This document shows, piece after piece, positions 1-13,343 of a stretch of DNA of 64,000 bases. The stretch is from Proteromonas lacertae (taxonomy: Eukaryota): the NCBI GenBank assembly GCA_002245135.1, contig NGBS01001183.1, forward strand, positions 1 through 64,000, written 5' to 3'. Below the pieces are notes generated by a model. The model saw only the letters and a program-made list of their open reading frames with translations. It did no database searches and was not told the DNA's origin. Each line of letters starts with the position of its first letter. Position 1 is the first letter of the stretch. Made by a program: the position numbers and the translations under genes.

Positions 1-835
1 TTCTTTCTCTCTGCATCTTGATGCTTAATTTTCTCTTCTATCTCTTTTTGTTTTCTTCATCTTTTTTAGTTATTTCAGCATTAAATATTTCAATTCAGCA
101 TCCAGTATATCAATATCAGTAACATCAAGAAGTGTAGTATCAGACCTTGGTGACATTGGAGGTGTAAAGGTAGGACTTTGGCTACTTAATAAATCATCAG
201 CAGATGTTCTTGATTCAGTATCTTTCACAATTATACCCATTGGTTCTTCATCAACAAATCAGAATCCTTAACAATCTTTCTTTTCTTTAAATGAATTAAT
301 TCATCATCACTATCAATAACTGCTTTGTTTTAGGTTTCTTTACAGTATCAGTTCTTCTTTTATAAACTCTTTTAGGTTTTTGAGGTACAGTTGGTGGTGG
401 TGGTTCTTGTTGTGGTTGTTGTTGTTGTTTTAACTGAGGTTGAATAAAAGGTTTAATCTGTTTTACATCTGGTTTTACTATACTCTTCATCTCTTCGTCA
501 CTAAAGTATAAATTCATATACTCATTTTGATCTAATGTCTCTAGATGTTTAATGGGAATTAACTTCTGATTATCAAACTTACATGAAAAGCAATAATAAA
601 CTGCTGTAGCTGACTTCTCTAATTCGATATAGTTGAATTGTGGTGGACTTTTGCTTCTTCTTTGATTTTTGCTGTCATCATAAGCCAAACTTTGAATATA
701 CATTTCGTCGCAAAATGTCTTTAAATGCTGGATGTTACGACTCACTTTCTGATAGAACTCATAAGCCTGTCCCTTTAATGGAAGCTGGGAGCATAATTCT
801 GAATTGGTTGGTTGTTTGACTCTGTCTGCTGGCAT
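1..835 (-). CDS. Orphan intronless protein with a Q/P-rich and then acidic region. It probably continues to the window edge through three single-base deletions.
   Basis: The 179-aa ORF is 296..835. Adding one base at about 325, 257 and 53 continues it as AVIDSDDELIHLKKRKIVKDSDFVDEEPMG...KEIEEKIKHQDAEKKE. No recognisable family. Confidence 0.45.
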
Positions 836-1016
836 TTTTGATTGAATGATTGAATAATTAATTTTCTATTAAGGTAAAAAAAAGCAAAAATAAAATACTG
901 AAAATGAGTAAGAAAAGTGTGAATGAAAAATAAAACGGTTTTTCTTTATGTAATATTTAAGGGGGTACAAAAATAACTTTCAAAAATCAAATACGAAAAA
1001 AAGACTATATATAAAA

Positions 1017-1400
1017 TTAAATATTTATGATTGGTTTTTGAATTTCAATCTCAGGTTTATTAATAGGAATAATTTCTATTTCTGTTTCTAATTGCTCTTC
1101 ATCTTCATTATCACTAGCATTTCTAGAATTTATTCTACTATTTTCAGGTGTTAAAGTAAATGGAATAGCAGAAACAATAGTAGATTTTCTTAATGCTAAT
1201 TGAACAGCAGGTTCTGGCTCAGCTAATATTTCACTTAATTCTGGAGGACAGGCTTTATGATAACACCATGCACATATTCTCTTGCATTTATAAAGAACCC
1301 ATAGAACTACACAACCTAATAAAATATACAGTTCTTGTTTCAAACCATTTAAAGTATCTTTCATATCACCTAACATAACTAATGATGAATTATATGGCAT
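1017..1400 (-). CDS. Small orphan single-pass membrane protein
   Basis: 127-aa intronless ORF with one hydrophobic segment (LYILLGCVVLWVLY) followed by a Cys/basic patch (KCKRICAWC). Confidence 0.5.
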   Translation of the reverse strand: MPYNSSLVMLGDMKDTLNGLKQELYILLGCVVLWVLYKCKRICAWCYHKACPPELSEILAEPEPAVQLALRKSTIVSAIPFTLTPENSRINSRNASDNEDEEQLETEIEIIPINKPEIEIQKPIINI

Positions 1401-1464
1401 ATTATGTGAAATTATTTATATATAAAAACGTATAGAAATATAAAAATGAATTTTAAACCAAAAG

Positions 1465-2052
1465 TTAATTAATTATACAGGTAGGTGATGTAGTTAGATC
1501 TACTGTAGCTACCCCCGGGATAGGACTTGTAGAACAATCTACTTTAGCAATATCTACCTTTGGTCGACCCTCGGCAGTGGAACTATTCTCTACTTTACGC
1601 TTCTTATCTTCTCCACTATTATCACTTCCTTTCTTTACTTCTTCATATCTTCTCTTCTTCTTATTTCTACACTCTGTACAAGATTTATAGAATACACCTT
1701 CACTCTTATAACCAAATTCATCATTAGCTTTCTTCTTACCACAAGTACTACATATCTGTGAATCTGGATCTAACTTTGTTATATCCTTTCTTTTTTAGGT
1801 TTAGATTCGCTTTGTTTTTCTTCCTTCACTTCTTCTTCTTCTTCCATTGTTATATCAATATCATCACCTGGTTGTTCACTCCATTCTGGATCATCTTCAT
1901 ACTCTTCAATCACAGAATACATACCATCCAACATATCCTTAAATACTTTAATAATTAATGATTTTACTTCAGACATATCATTCTCATACATTTCACCTTC
2001 TTGTAAGTGTTTTTCAATATTAGCATCTAATTCGTTTTTGTATATCACTCAT
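1465..2052 (-). CDS. Orphan acidic protein with a C-terminal CxxC...CxxC zinc finger, frameshifted in this assembly
   Basis: ATG at 2052 (MSDIQNELDANIEK after removing one A at about 2036). ORF 1779..2048 continues after a one-base deletion at about 1793 into RKDITKLDPDSQICSTCGKKKANDEFGYKSEGVFYKSCTECRNKKKRR...TCIIN, with TAA at 1467-1465. Confidence 0.55.
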
Positions 2053-2180
2053 TTTAATTTATGTAGATTATTTCAAAAATCGCAAGAAATTTATGAATGA
2101 AAAGAATTATGTAATATTATGTTTATTTCTATTCAGCCAATCAAATAACAAAAATTCAATTAAAACCAATGATTTAAGAA

Positions 2181-2522
2181 TTAGTTATGAAATCTTAGTC
2201 TTTCTTCAATGATGTTTTTTTCATCAATACCATAACGCTTTAACATCTTTGTTTTTCTGCGCTCTTCTTCAGGATCAACCCATTTTCTAGGGCGTATGGT
2301 TGCTTGTGCTACTCTGGTTGGTTTATGAATTGCACGCCATTCTTCATACTTTCTGTCATCCTCATCAGCTGTATCAGAAGTATACCACATTACTACTGGA
2401 GGTGGCTCAGCTACTATTCTAGCTACTTCACTTTCAATGATTGCATAGATTCTTTCAAAGTCTTCATCTTCACGCTTATTTCTATCTTCTATATTAACAT
2501 TCTCGATCCAAATTCTTGACAT
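2181..2522 (-). CDS. Orphan intronless charged protein
   Basis: ORF MSRIWIENVN...EERLRFHN, about 113 aa from the ATG at 2522. Protein-like composition but no recognised motif. Confidence 0.5.
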   Translation of the reverse strand: MSRIWIENVNIEDRNKREDEDFERIYAIIESEVARIVAEPPPVVMWYTSDTADEDDRKYEEWRAIHKPTRVAQATIRPRKWVDPEEERRKTKMLKRYGIDEKNIIEERLRFHN

Positions 2523-2663
2523 TTTTTTGAAATTATGATTGATAAAAAACAATAAGAAAAAGTTAAATGAAATTATATACGAAAAACAAAAGAAAAATTT
2601 TAACCCATAAAATTACTCATACACTAAAATATATAAAGAAATTTAAACTCACCACTTGCTCCA

Positions 2664-2780
2664 GTATAACCCGTACCAAAAACTAATTTACACTCAAATC
2701 GCTTATTCTTACCTGTAGAAGGCACCTAAGAATAGTCTGGTACGGGTTACCCACCTACAGTGATATTCTTACGGTTATAC
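2664..2780. repeat. Nested inverted and direct repeat cluster with hairpin potential
   Basis: TAACCCGTACCA (2667-2678) is the perfect reverse complement of TGGTACGGGTTA (2738-2749). Inner pair TATTCTTA (2704-2711) / TAAGAATA (2727-2734). GTATAACC (2664-2671) pairs with GGTTATAC (2773-2780). TATTCTTAC is directly repeated at 2704 and 2764. Confidence 0.7.
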
Positions 2781-3037
2781 ATATATAACTGAAATAAATA
2801 TGTAACTGTTAGTGACTGCATAATTATGTCAATACCTATAATTATTCTGGTGTAGATCAATTTTTAGTGATCAAGTCTTTTATGTATTATAAACAGCTGT
2901 GAACATAATAAATGTGCAATTAATTTCATTAATAGTTTCTACCTCACCACATGTATACTATTTGTTAAAAAAAAAGGTAAATCTACAACAAATATAAGAA
3001 TTTAAAATATAAAAAAGATAGTATATAATATCTTATA

Positions 3038-6000
3038 TTAGACTTTATTTGTTGTTGAAAGTTTGTTTGTTGAACTTCTTGAAGATGTTGATCTAGCAAC
3101 TTTATCAGCTGATTCTATATAGAACAACTCTGGGTTGGATAATGAACATAATGTCAAATCACTACACACGAGAATATCAGGTTCTAGAGGATATTTACCA
3201 TTAGATGCGTTATTTCTCAAATTTTGTCTTTGACTATTCAAAATAAATATAAAAACAATTATAATTATACATTTTCAAGTTTGCAGATGATGTTCCACTT
3301 CCTGAACCACCAGTTGGTCCACTTAATGAAGATCCAGTGGTTGTAGTAATTTCATGAACCCATAAATAAGTCACTTTCGATCCAAATTGAATAATGATAA
3401 TGAAAAATGTTCCTAATTCAATACCAAGTCCTCTAAACACCAATAAAACAGAAGGATCATCAGCCATTAAGTAATTCAAAGGAACTTCAATAATTCCCAT
3501 AATACATAACAATGCAATTGTCATAGCTAATGACATTGATTCATTGAAATCAGAAGCAGCATTTCTTACACTCCAAGCCAATTTAGCACCATAACAGAAC
3601 AATAAGAACAACAAAACAACTTGAACAATTCTATTAAAAGATAAATATAAATATAAATATAAATAATATATAAAATATACACAAAATAATCATTCTGAGT
3701 GCATTCTACTAAATAAACATCTTCCAAATAATTAGAATATGTGACACTCAATCTTAAAGTATGTACACTTCCATCTACAACCCACCATATTGTTAAATAA
3801 ATTAATTCACAGAACATCATCAACGCAATCATCTGCAGTAACTGTTTATTAGCAATTTTAACTCTTGCTAATTTCTTATTATTGAATAGTTTATGAATTC
3901 TCCATGCTTTTGAGAATATTATACTGAATAGTAATAAAACACTTAACGCTAATCCCCACACTCTTACAACACAAACCCAAGAACTACTTGGTTGGAATAT
4001 AAAGAATAAACCTTCTGTAGCAATTAACAAAATAGCGAATAACGAATAGAATAAGAAAACTGGACTTGCACTTAATATGACTTTAGTGTTACGATATAAA
4101 CCAACTAATGCTGATACAACTACAACAAATAGATAATTAATTACAGCAAACACAATAATAACAATTCTAATAACTTCATTGTAAGAATAATTAGAAACAT
4201 CTTTATCGAAAGTACACTCTTTAGCTTCATCAATATCATACAATATTGTATCAGGAATTACTTTCACACCTTGTCTTGGAGTGACTAATTCAATATCACC
4301 ATTTTGTATCTTAAACACTGACACACTCTTTGATAAATGATTGTTATGTTTGAATTGAACAGTACCACTTGGTGCATCATATCTTATGTTGAAATAACTC
4401 AATCTTACATAAGCTCTACTTGGGAATGATGCTGATGTTTGTTCTACAGAATATTCTACTGATTGCTTCCACAGATTAATTGCACTGTATGCTGCTTCAA
4501 TACTTTCAGACATTTGTTGATACTTTGAAAATCTTTGAGTAATAGCAAATTTAAATGATTGACTTGTTGTATCAGACAACACTGTTGAATAAGATGATAC
4601 TACGAAACTACCAGATAGAGCTTCTAATACATCATCTGTATATTCAAATGGTTCATAATGGAATAAAATTGGGTTGAATTGAGAAAAATCTACACCTAAA
4701 TCAATCAATGATTTGAATAAAATTTGATTCTCATTTGATTCAAATATGTTCATTACAGCAACTCTTCCTATTCTGGAGATGATATCTGTAACATTCTCTA
4801 ACAGTTTTGCTATATCAGCTGTTGAATAAGGTGAGAAGAATGAAGATAATTCTACTGTATATCCATACTTTACTGTTTGTTCGCTTATTGCTTCAGCTTC
4901 AATTTTTGCACTATTAAATATAAATAAACAATATATACTATTCATCATTTAATCCTATAATAACTACACTAGACAATCCTATATCTTTTAAATAATTCAA
5001 AATGATAGGTAATTTTTGTGATATTGTTGTTCCAACAATAGTTGCACATCTATAACACTTATTACCGTTATCTCTACCAGTGTCTATGAATAACATATCA
5101 TTATCATTTCTATTAGCATATCTACTAACTTCATCTCTACAATAAGGAGTCATACACCCAATAATTATCTCATAATTGTTACTTTGCACTATTTCTCTTG
5201 TCTTACCAAATATCAGATCTTTAGCTGGGAAGAAATGAACACCTATTAATTTCCTATTCAATAAACCACCATTTTCATTTATCTCAGATACTGCTACATC
5301 TTCAATAAATGACATATATATTTCTGTTCTTATTCCTACATCTTTTTGGTGTATAAATGCAATATAAGCAGGATCACTGTAATACATCATATCCTTTCTT
5401 TGTGTATCACAGAACCACCCTGTATAATTACTGTATTGATTATACACTGTTGGCTTTATTAAATCCTCTGGACCATATGTTACTAATAATGATAAATCTG
5501 ATTGAATTACAGCTGCAAACATTCTTCTAGAAACTATATTGTTACTATTTACTTCTATTGTGCCAGCTGGAACTGAATTAACTAATGTATAAACATTTTT
5601 GAATAATGAAACATCATATTGATCAGTTGAACTAAGTTTACTTACCACATTACCCCATATCTTCACAGCATCATAAGCAGCTTCTAATTCTGAATTAATA
5701 AATAGTTGTGGTCCTATCTTCGAATGTAATACATCATTGAATTCAGATGCTAAACTAATAACACTAACATCTGATGTTTTATCGTCGCTTAAAGATTCAA
5801 AATATGCATCTAAAAGGACATGACCTACCATATCATTTGGATGTTCTACTTTGTTCAATATATTTTCATCTACTAAAACACTTATTACAGTATAAGTTGG
5901 TGCTTTTAATCCTTCATTCGACATTTCATTAAACAAATCAACACTATCTTCACCTAAGAAATTTAAAATATAGCCACCACTTCTTAATACTGTCTTTATT

Positions 6001-9000
6001 GTACGAACTGTTGTACTTGCATCAGTATAATCAATATTACCAATTATACTCATTGATACATTAGAGAAACGAGCATAGGTCCATTCATATACATCACTTG
6101 AATATTCATCAGTACTTTTATGTATAAATACAACATTAGTTGTGTATTCAATTGTATATCTTAAAGCAACTTCAGCTATTTGTGATGTATGTTTACCAAA
6201 CGCATATGTGTGATTATTACATTTTATGTTGAAGTTTGTACCAGTGAAGAACCATATCAACTCTTGTGATTCTACTATTGGCGATAATGCATTATATGTA
6301 TCATGATTATAACCACCAAATATGTAATGAATATTCTTATTATCTGATAAAGCTTTGTTTAAAGCTTCTTTATAACCTTCTATAGATGATTTAGCATCAT
6401 GGAAATAATAAACAACTTTTGTACCACTGAAATAATCATCATCGTTTATTTCTGTCAAACCTAATAACACAGATTGCAAAATAGGAATTTCATCTTCTTT
6501 CCAATCACCAGTAACTGAGAACATTAAAGCAATTGGATATGTAGTTGGTGTATAAGAGCTTCCAATTGTTGATTCACTAAAATCGCATAATTTCATATTT
6601 GTATCTGAATAATAATATGCTATTGGAACATCATTTCTTGCTTGTTCATATACCAAACTCTCTTTACCATCTTCATCTACTTTAAATATCACTACATTTC
6701 TTGTTAAAAATTGATTATGAGCAAATGTTATCACTCCTTCTGGAGATTCAAATGATGCTTTTAATACACTTTCTCTTATAGCTGAAAAGGTTAATTCTGC
6801 ACTTTCATTTAATGCAACAAATGCTAAACGTAAAGCTGAATATGATCTTTCAATATAATCTGAGATTGGTTCTGACATACCAAGTCTTTGTTGAATACCA
6901 GATCTGAAATTTTCATTAACTTCAGAATCAACTAAATAATTATAACCAGTAACACCTTCAAATGATGTATATCCTTTATCTTTTAACTCAAAATAGAATT
7001 CTAATGATAAAACACTTAAATAAGGTTCTGTTAATCTCAATGAATCTAATGTTCTTTTAAGAATATCAAAGTTTTCGACAGAATCCATAAATATGATAAT
7101 ATTCCTATCTTTATTATTTGAAACAGATGTGAAGGTCTGTAAAAATTGAGTTAACAAATTCTGATCTAATTTATCATATGTAAATGGATCATATAATGTA
7201 TAATGATATCTATCAAAGAAAGTCTTTACAAATGAAGTAACATAATACCCTGTTGAACCAATTAATAAGTAATTATCATAATATCTATTAATCATAACAT
7301 TCAAAATATTCTCGTAAAAAGTAGGATGGAATGAACCAATCAGAATATTAGTTTCACAGAAATTAATATCAATCTGAGCAACCATTAATACTATAACATC
7401 ATTATCATTAGCTGTAGTTACTATTTCATTAAGACATTCAAAAGAAACAGAAATGACAATAAACAGAGGTTTATTTGCTTCAATATATTCTTTTATGTAA
7501 CTAGCACATTGAGATTGAACTGATTGAGTATCATAAATATCACCTTTCAATACATATCCTTGAATACCTCCTAATGTATTTACTTCATCAATTACTAACT
7601 GATATGAATCAACAATACCACTGCTTGTCTCTGAGGAACTACCTGTTATTGTTGCTACTAACAACACTCTTAACACATTCACATCATATTTTTCTCCTTT
7701 ATTTTCTAAATCATCATAACTACATCTTTTACCACTATATTCTGGAATATACCAACTCCATGCATCTGGGCTTGCATGATCAAACTTTGAATAAACAGTA
7801 TTAAATGAACCTGTTGATTTTTCATATTTTGCAACAAAGAATGGTAATGTAACATGATGACTTGTTTCTAAAGTAATTGTACCTGCACCTGCATCTATTT
7901 TTTCGCCATAGAGGTTGTATCTGAAACTATTCCAATCTGAACTTATATTCTTTTTTAATCCTTCTGCTATTAAACTAATACCAACATAACATGATAAAAA
8001 CAGAGCTGAAGGTTTTTCAGCTGAGGCATAATGATAAGCATATTTCTTCATTTCAGTATTAACTTCAGAATCAATATCAGGGAAATAATGTGATGGAATA
8101 TAAATTCCATCTAATTCATCATCTGGTGCTTCTGCTAATTCTTCAGTTTCTAAACCCATTATAAAGATACCCCATTTTGTTTTATCTATTTTCATGGTTT
8201 GACATAATTCTAAGAATTGTAATGCTTCATCACCATTCAAATACACCATTATAACTCCTCCATTTGCATTATTTTCATCATTAAACAAATAAGTTTTCAG
8301 TTTCTGTGTACTTAATGTAAATGTATCATTAATAAATATATCTGAAGCAGATTGGTGAACTAATAAGCCACTGGATGCATCAGTAAATATACTAAAGAAC
8401 AGCTTACTTTCACTATTACTATCACCAACAAAATAAACAAATTGGTTGATATCTAAAGTCAATATAAACTGTAACAATCTTGAAACATATTGATTTGGAA
8501 CTGGACCTGTATAAATTGTATTGAAATTACACTCTTGACCTAAACTCTGCTTTGGATATACAAATACTTTATTATGTTCTTTAGCAGCATGCTGTGCTAC
8601 TTCTTTACATGACAAAGTGGTACAACCAATAATACCAACAACTTTTTCTCTAGATAAAGGTTCATGAACTAATTGTTCAATCTTTGAATCATCTGATTCA
8701 TAATCTATTAAAACTGGTTGAAATGTATAACCTTCTACAAATCCATCATCAGCTATTTTTCTTAAAGCGGTCATTGCACCATCTATTGCTTGTACATCAA
8801 CACCACTTCTTGCACCAGTAGAACTAAATAACACAATAATTTCTATCTTTGGTATTTCTGTTCCATTTAATGCGTTTTCATTACTCATATTACATTCTAT
8901 ATATATTTTATCAGCATAATAATCTTCATATGGTTTTGGAGAAATGGTAATTCCAGAATCATAGATATTTGTAGTAGCAAAACCTTTTGTAGTTGCATTA

Positions 9001-12000
9001 TCTTCAATAACTTTTCTTATTCTTAAATAATCTTTAGCCAAGTTATTTGGTAAAAATTGGATTAATCCTTGAGGTGTATCATATGTTGTTTTCATTAAAT
9101 CCTCTCTTAACACAGAAGCTTTAGCATTTCTATTAGAATTTAGGTAAGCTTGATAGAATATATAAATTGAACTAGCAGGTCTTGAAAACTTTTGAACTAG
9201 TGTGGGTTGATATGAAATATATCTTGTATAAACACTACCAAAATCATCAGCAACAGTAGAATGTATTTGTTGAGAATCAACAGAGATGATATAAAAATGA
9301 CCAATCAAATTCTTGTCAACCATTAAATAATCAATATCGATGGATAATGATGTATAAGTCGGAGGTTTCATATCATTTGAAACAAGTGCATCTAACAACA
9401 ATTTAGCAGATTTTCCCATCAAAAACGATATAAACATAGCACCATTTGGAGCTATTCTTTTTACTAATGTTGCTAGTGGTGATAAATCAGTATTATCATT
9501 AGGACAACCATACATTAATACAATATTAAAAGCATAGAAATCTAACTCTTCTTTCAACTTGTTAACCATTTGTTCAGATGTTGTGGTCATACTATAAACA
9601 AGTACAAATGATGTACCAGTGTAGTGTTCAACTAACCAAGGAGTTATCATAAAATATGAACTATAAGGATTTGATAAATAAATTGTATTTGACAAACACT
9701 CATCTCCTTCATATTCATAAAAATAGAACAATAATTTATCATCCAATTTCATTTGTTTGTTTAATGTTCTTCTCAATTCAGTATTCCATCCACCAAAGAA
9801 TGCTTGTATTTTGTATTTCTCTTTAAATTCATTAATTATTTCCATCGCTTTTGTTACATTATCTGGTACTGAAATATAAAATGGTGATAAATAATCAGCT
9901 GTTGTTATTTCACTTTCGTCAATCTGTAATCTAATGTATTCTACCATAGTAATTGTTGACCCAATTAAAAGCAAACTGTCTCTATAATAAGCTGGATCTT
10001 CTGGTATAATAATTCCTATTGGTAATGTTAAAGGTTCTATCTTAGAGCCCATTCCTTCATGTTGAACATCACATATATAATACGGATATTGATTCAATGT
10101 TTCTCTCCATGTTTCACCATTCCATCTTTCATTAATTCTTTCAATTGCTCTAATAACACCATCTTCTTCAACTTGACCAAACCAATTACCTTGTAAAACA
10201 AAGTTATCACTTCCTACTTCAACTGTTCCTAATAATGTTTCAACTGAAGTTGTATAGAATAATGAACGGATTTCATCAATTGTCATTGTATTTGTTTTCT
10301 TAAGTACTGTTGCTAATAAAGCTACAGTTGATTGATATATTGCATCATAATAATTTGGATCTTCTGATAATGGAGCAAATGACTTATACTTTGTAAAGAA
10401 ATCAACATTTAATGGTTGAGTTTCTGAATAGAATAGAGTTGAAAATACATAAGCTCCTTCTGTATATGTTGGATCATCATATTTTGCTCTTTCTGAATCA
10501 TAAATATACACTGGAAATTTCTCAAATATTTTTGTGATATTATTATCATTTGCATCTTTTAATATTGTATAAAGTGTCTTTAATAGTATTTCTGAAGTAG
10601 TCTTTTTACCTACAACTAAAATACTTATTCCTTCATCATACTTCTTTGTAAGATATGTCAAATGCTCTAACATTTGAGAATCTACATTTCCATTTAAATC
10701 TAAAACTTTATCACTCACAGGTTTATAATTAATTGTAGTTGTTACATCAACTATTAATGCTCTTGAATGACTATAATCTGTATCAGTAATTAAAGCAAAT
10801 TTATCTTGAATTCTAAGCAAGAAATAAATCAAAGGAGCCAATATTCTTTGAGCTGGAGATGCACTAGCATAAATAATATTTGAAGAACAATCTCCACCAT
10901 CATTAATACCTGTATAAATCATTAACATATTCAAAAACTCTAAACCATCTGTTAAATATGTTTTTGTTTGAGTATTACAACCACCAATTATTATATTAAA
11001 TCCTCTTTTCTGTAATTTCACTAACAAACCAGAAGCTTCGCCAGCATCTTTTGGACAATCATAGATTTCATGCTCTATTCTTTTAAAATGAGTTAGACCT
11101 TGAATATTATTATTCTCAATTGTAAGAATACCTGTAAAATAACGATAAATTGTATTGGATGTATTAAAATTTGTAATATCTAAAATAAAAGCAACACCAA
11201 CAATATCAGTTTCAATCATTGTCCTATCATCTATGAAATTAGTTTCATAGTATTTATCATCATGATCAAAAGTATTCCATACTCTTGGATAAACAGGAAA
11301 TATAAAGTCAGAATATACTTTGACATTTAACTCTTCATTCAATATTTCCATAATATATAATGTAGTTGAAACATAATTACTAGAATACAGTCTATAAGTA
11401 CCAGATGCAGTATCTAGATCATTATTATATAATCTGTTTCTAAATTCTGTCGATGTTTTTATATCATCACTCATATAAGTTTGGAATGTTCTTAAACCAT
11501 TATAAGCAGCTGCAGTAACAGACGAAATCAATTCGGATGGTTCTCCTTTATATGTACTGATTTGGTCCATTAATATTGCATTTAATGTAGAATTAATTTG
11601 TGTAGAATACAGTGCAACTCCATAACAACCAACTAAAGAATCATAAGGTATATTATTCTTTTTACAATAATTCTTTATATCATCTTTTGGATAATCAAGC
11701 ATGATCATAGGGAAATTGATATTATCAAAATGAGTTACTAAACTTGTAAACATTGTATGAAACACTGGCGCTGTATATTTACCTAAAACAGTAAAAGTAG
11801 CACATCGATCAACAGGCATTAAAGTATCGTTAAAATCTTGTATTACTTGTTTCAATCCTTCTTCTGAATCTAAGAATGTGGAATTATAAGAAAACATATA
11901 AGCTTCATATGAAAAATCGTTTAATCTTTTAGTAATGAAATGCTTAGTTGCATTAGCCAAAGCAGAATCATCAAAAATACCATAAACACAACTGTGAGAT

Positions 12001-13311
12001 TGGTAGAATTGTAAAACTGGGTATTCAGCAAATTGATTAACTATTGCATTGAATTGTAATATATTCTTATAAGCAACTTCACCTATACTTTGAGATGGAC
12101 TAATTAATAATTTATCTTTCTCTTCTAATATTTCTTCAACAGCATCTCTTTCGCTTGGGAGTGTGGTTCCTACAAAAGTCAATATTGAAGATGACTTATT
12201 CTGCATCATTCTTTCAATTGAAGCTGTAAAATTACCATCAAATTCAGAGTCAACTAATATTTCTAATTCTCTACCATTCACTCCACCATTTAAGTTGATC
12301 AAATCTATTACCAACTGAATATTATCAGATAATTGAATTCCTTCATAAGTTCTAATATCATACAAAACACCAACATAATAAACATTTGTTACATGAACTC
12401 CATTTAAAGGATCTTCTTGGAATGAGCATTGTAATGTCTTGTTATGGAAGATATTCGTAGTATGAACAAAAGTATTTGTCTTTTGCAAAATAGCAGTTGA
12501 ATTCTCATCATACTATTCACATAATAACAATTATATATATATATATACCATAACTAACCTTAGAACATTACAGACATAACCATCATATTCAACAGTATAA
12601 ATACCGCCTGGACTAATTTTTTGATCCAAATAATTTTCATACAAATGAGTTCTATATAAATCAATTGAAGTTGATGAAGCTAATTGTACAGCCTAAATAG
12701 TTAAATATAATTATATATATATACAGACATCCAATATCTTAAAGTATCATAAGTAGTAACAAATTCATTTGACACAACAACATCCACACCTAATAAATCT
12801 TTCAAATAAACTTGAACATCATACATTGATGTATGATTAATATAACTAAAATAATGTCCAAATGAATAATAACCAGTGAAATTAGTAGCTGTATCAGTAT
12901 TTATCTTAGTTGCTTGAAGTTCATCTAATGTAAATGAAACGACTATCCAATTATTCTCATTTGTAATTCCTTTTTGGTATAGAATTGAAAACAAATCTTT
13001 GTTATAAATAGATTCAGCTGTTATAAAAATAGAACCATTATTTTTCAATAATAATATTTGATCAGCAATACGAATAGCTTCTTCTGTTTTATTCTTTTCT
13101 TGGATAATATTGAATTTTGCAAGTGTATTAATACCATAAGTTGCTAATTCTTGTTTTAAAAGTTCTCCTATTGATTCTCCTCGACTATAAACAATATATA
13201 TATTTAATAATAATACCCTGTATCACCAATAATAAACACATTTTCAAGAGCTTCTTCAGATGCAAATCTTACAGCTTCATATACAATATTTGGACCTAAT
13301 GGACCAGTCTA

Positions 13312-13343
<32 letters not shown>

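Noticed and set aside
4938..12488. Possibility that the 2516-aa ORF is a bacterial contaminant ABC-transporter binding protein
   Set aside because: It is joined by canonical spliceosomal introns to flanking exons and to a eukaryotic 7TM domain, and no permease or ATPase genes are present.
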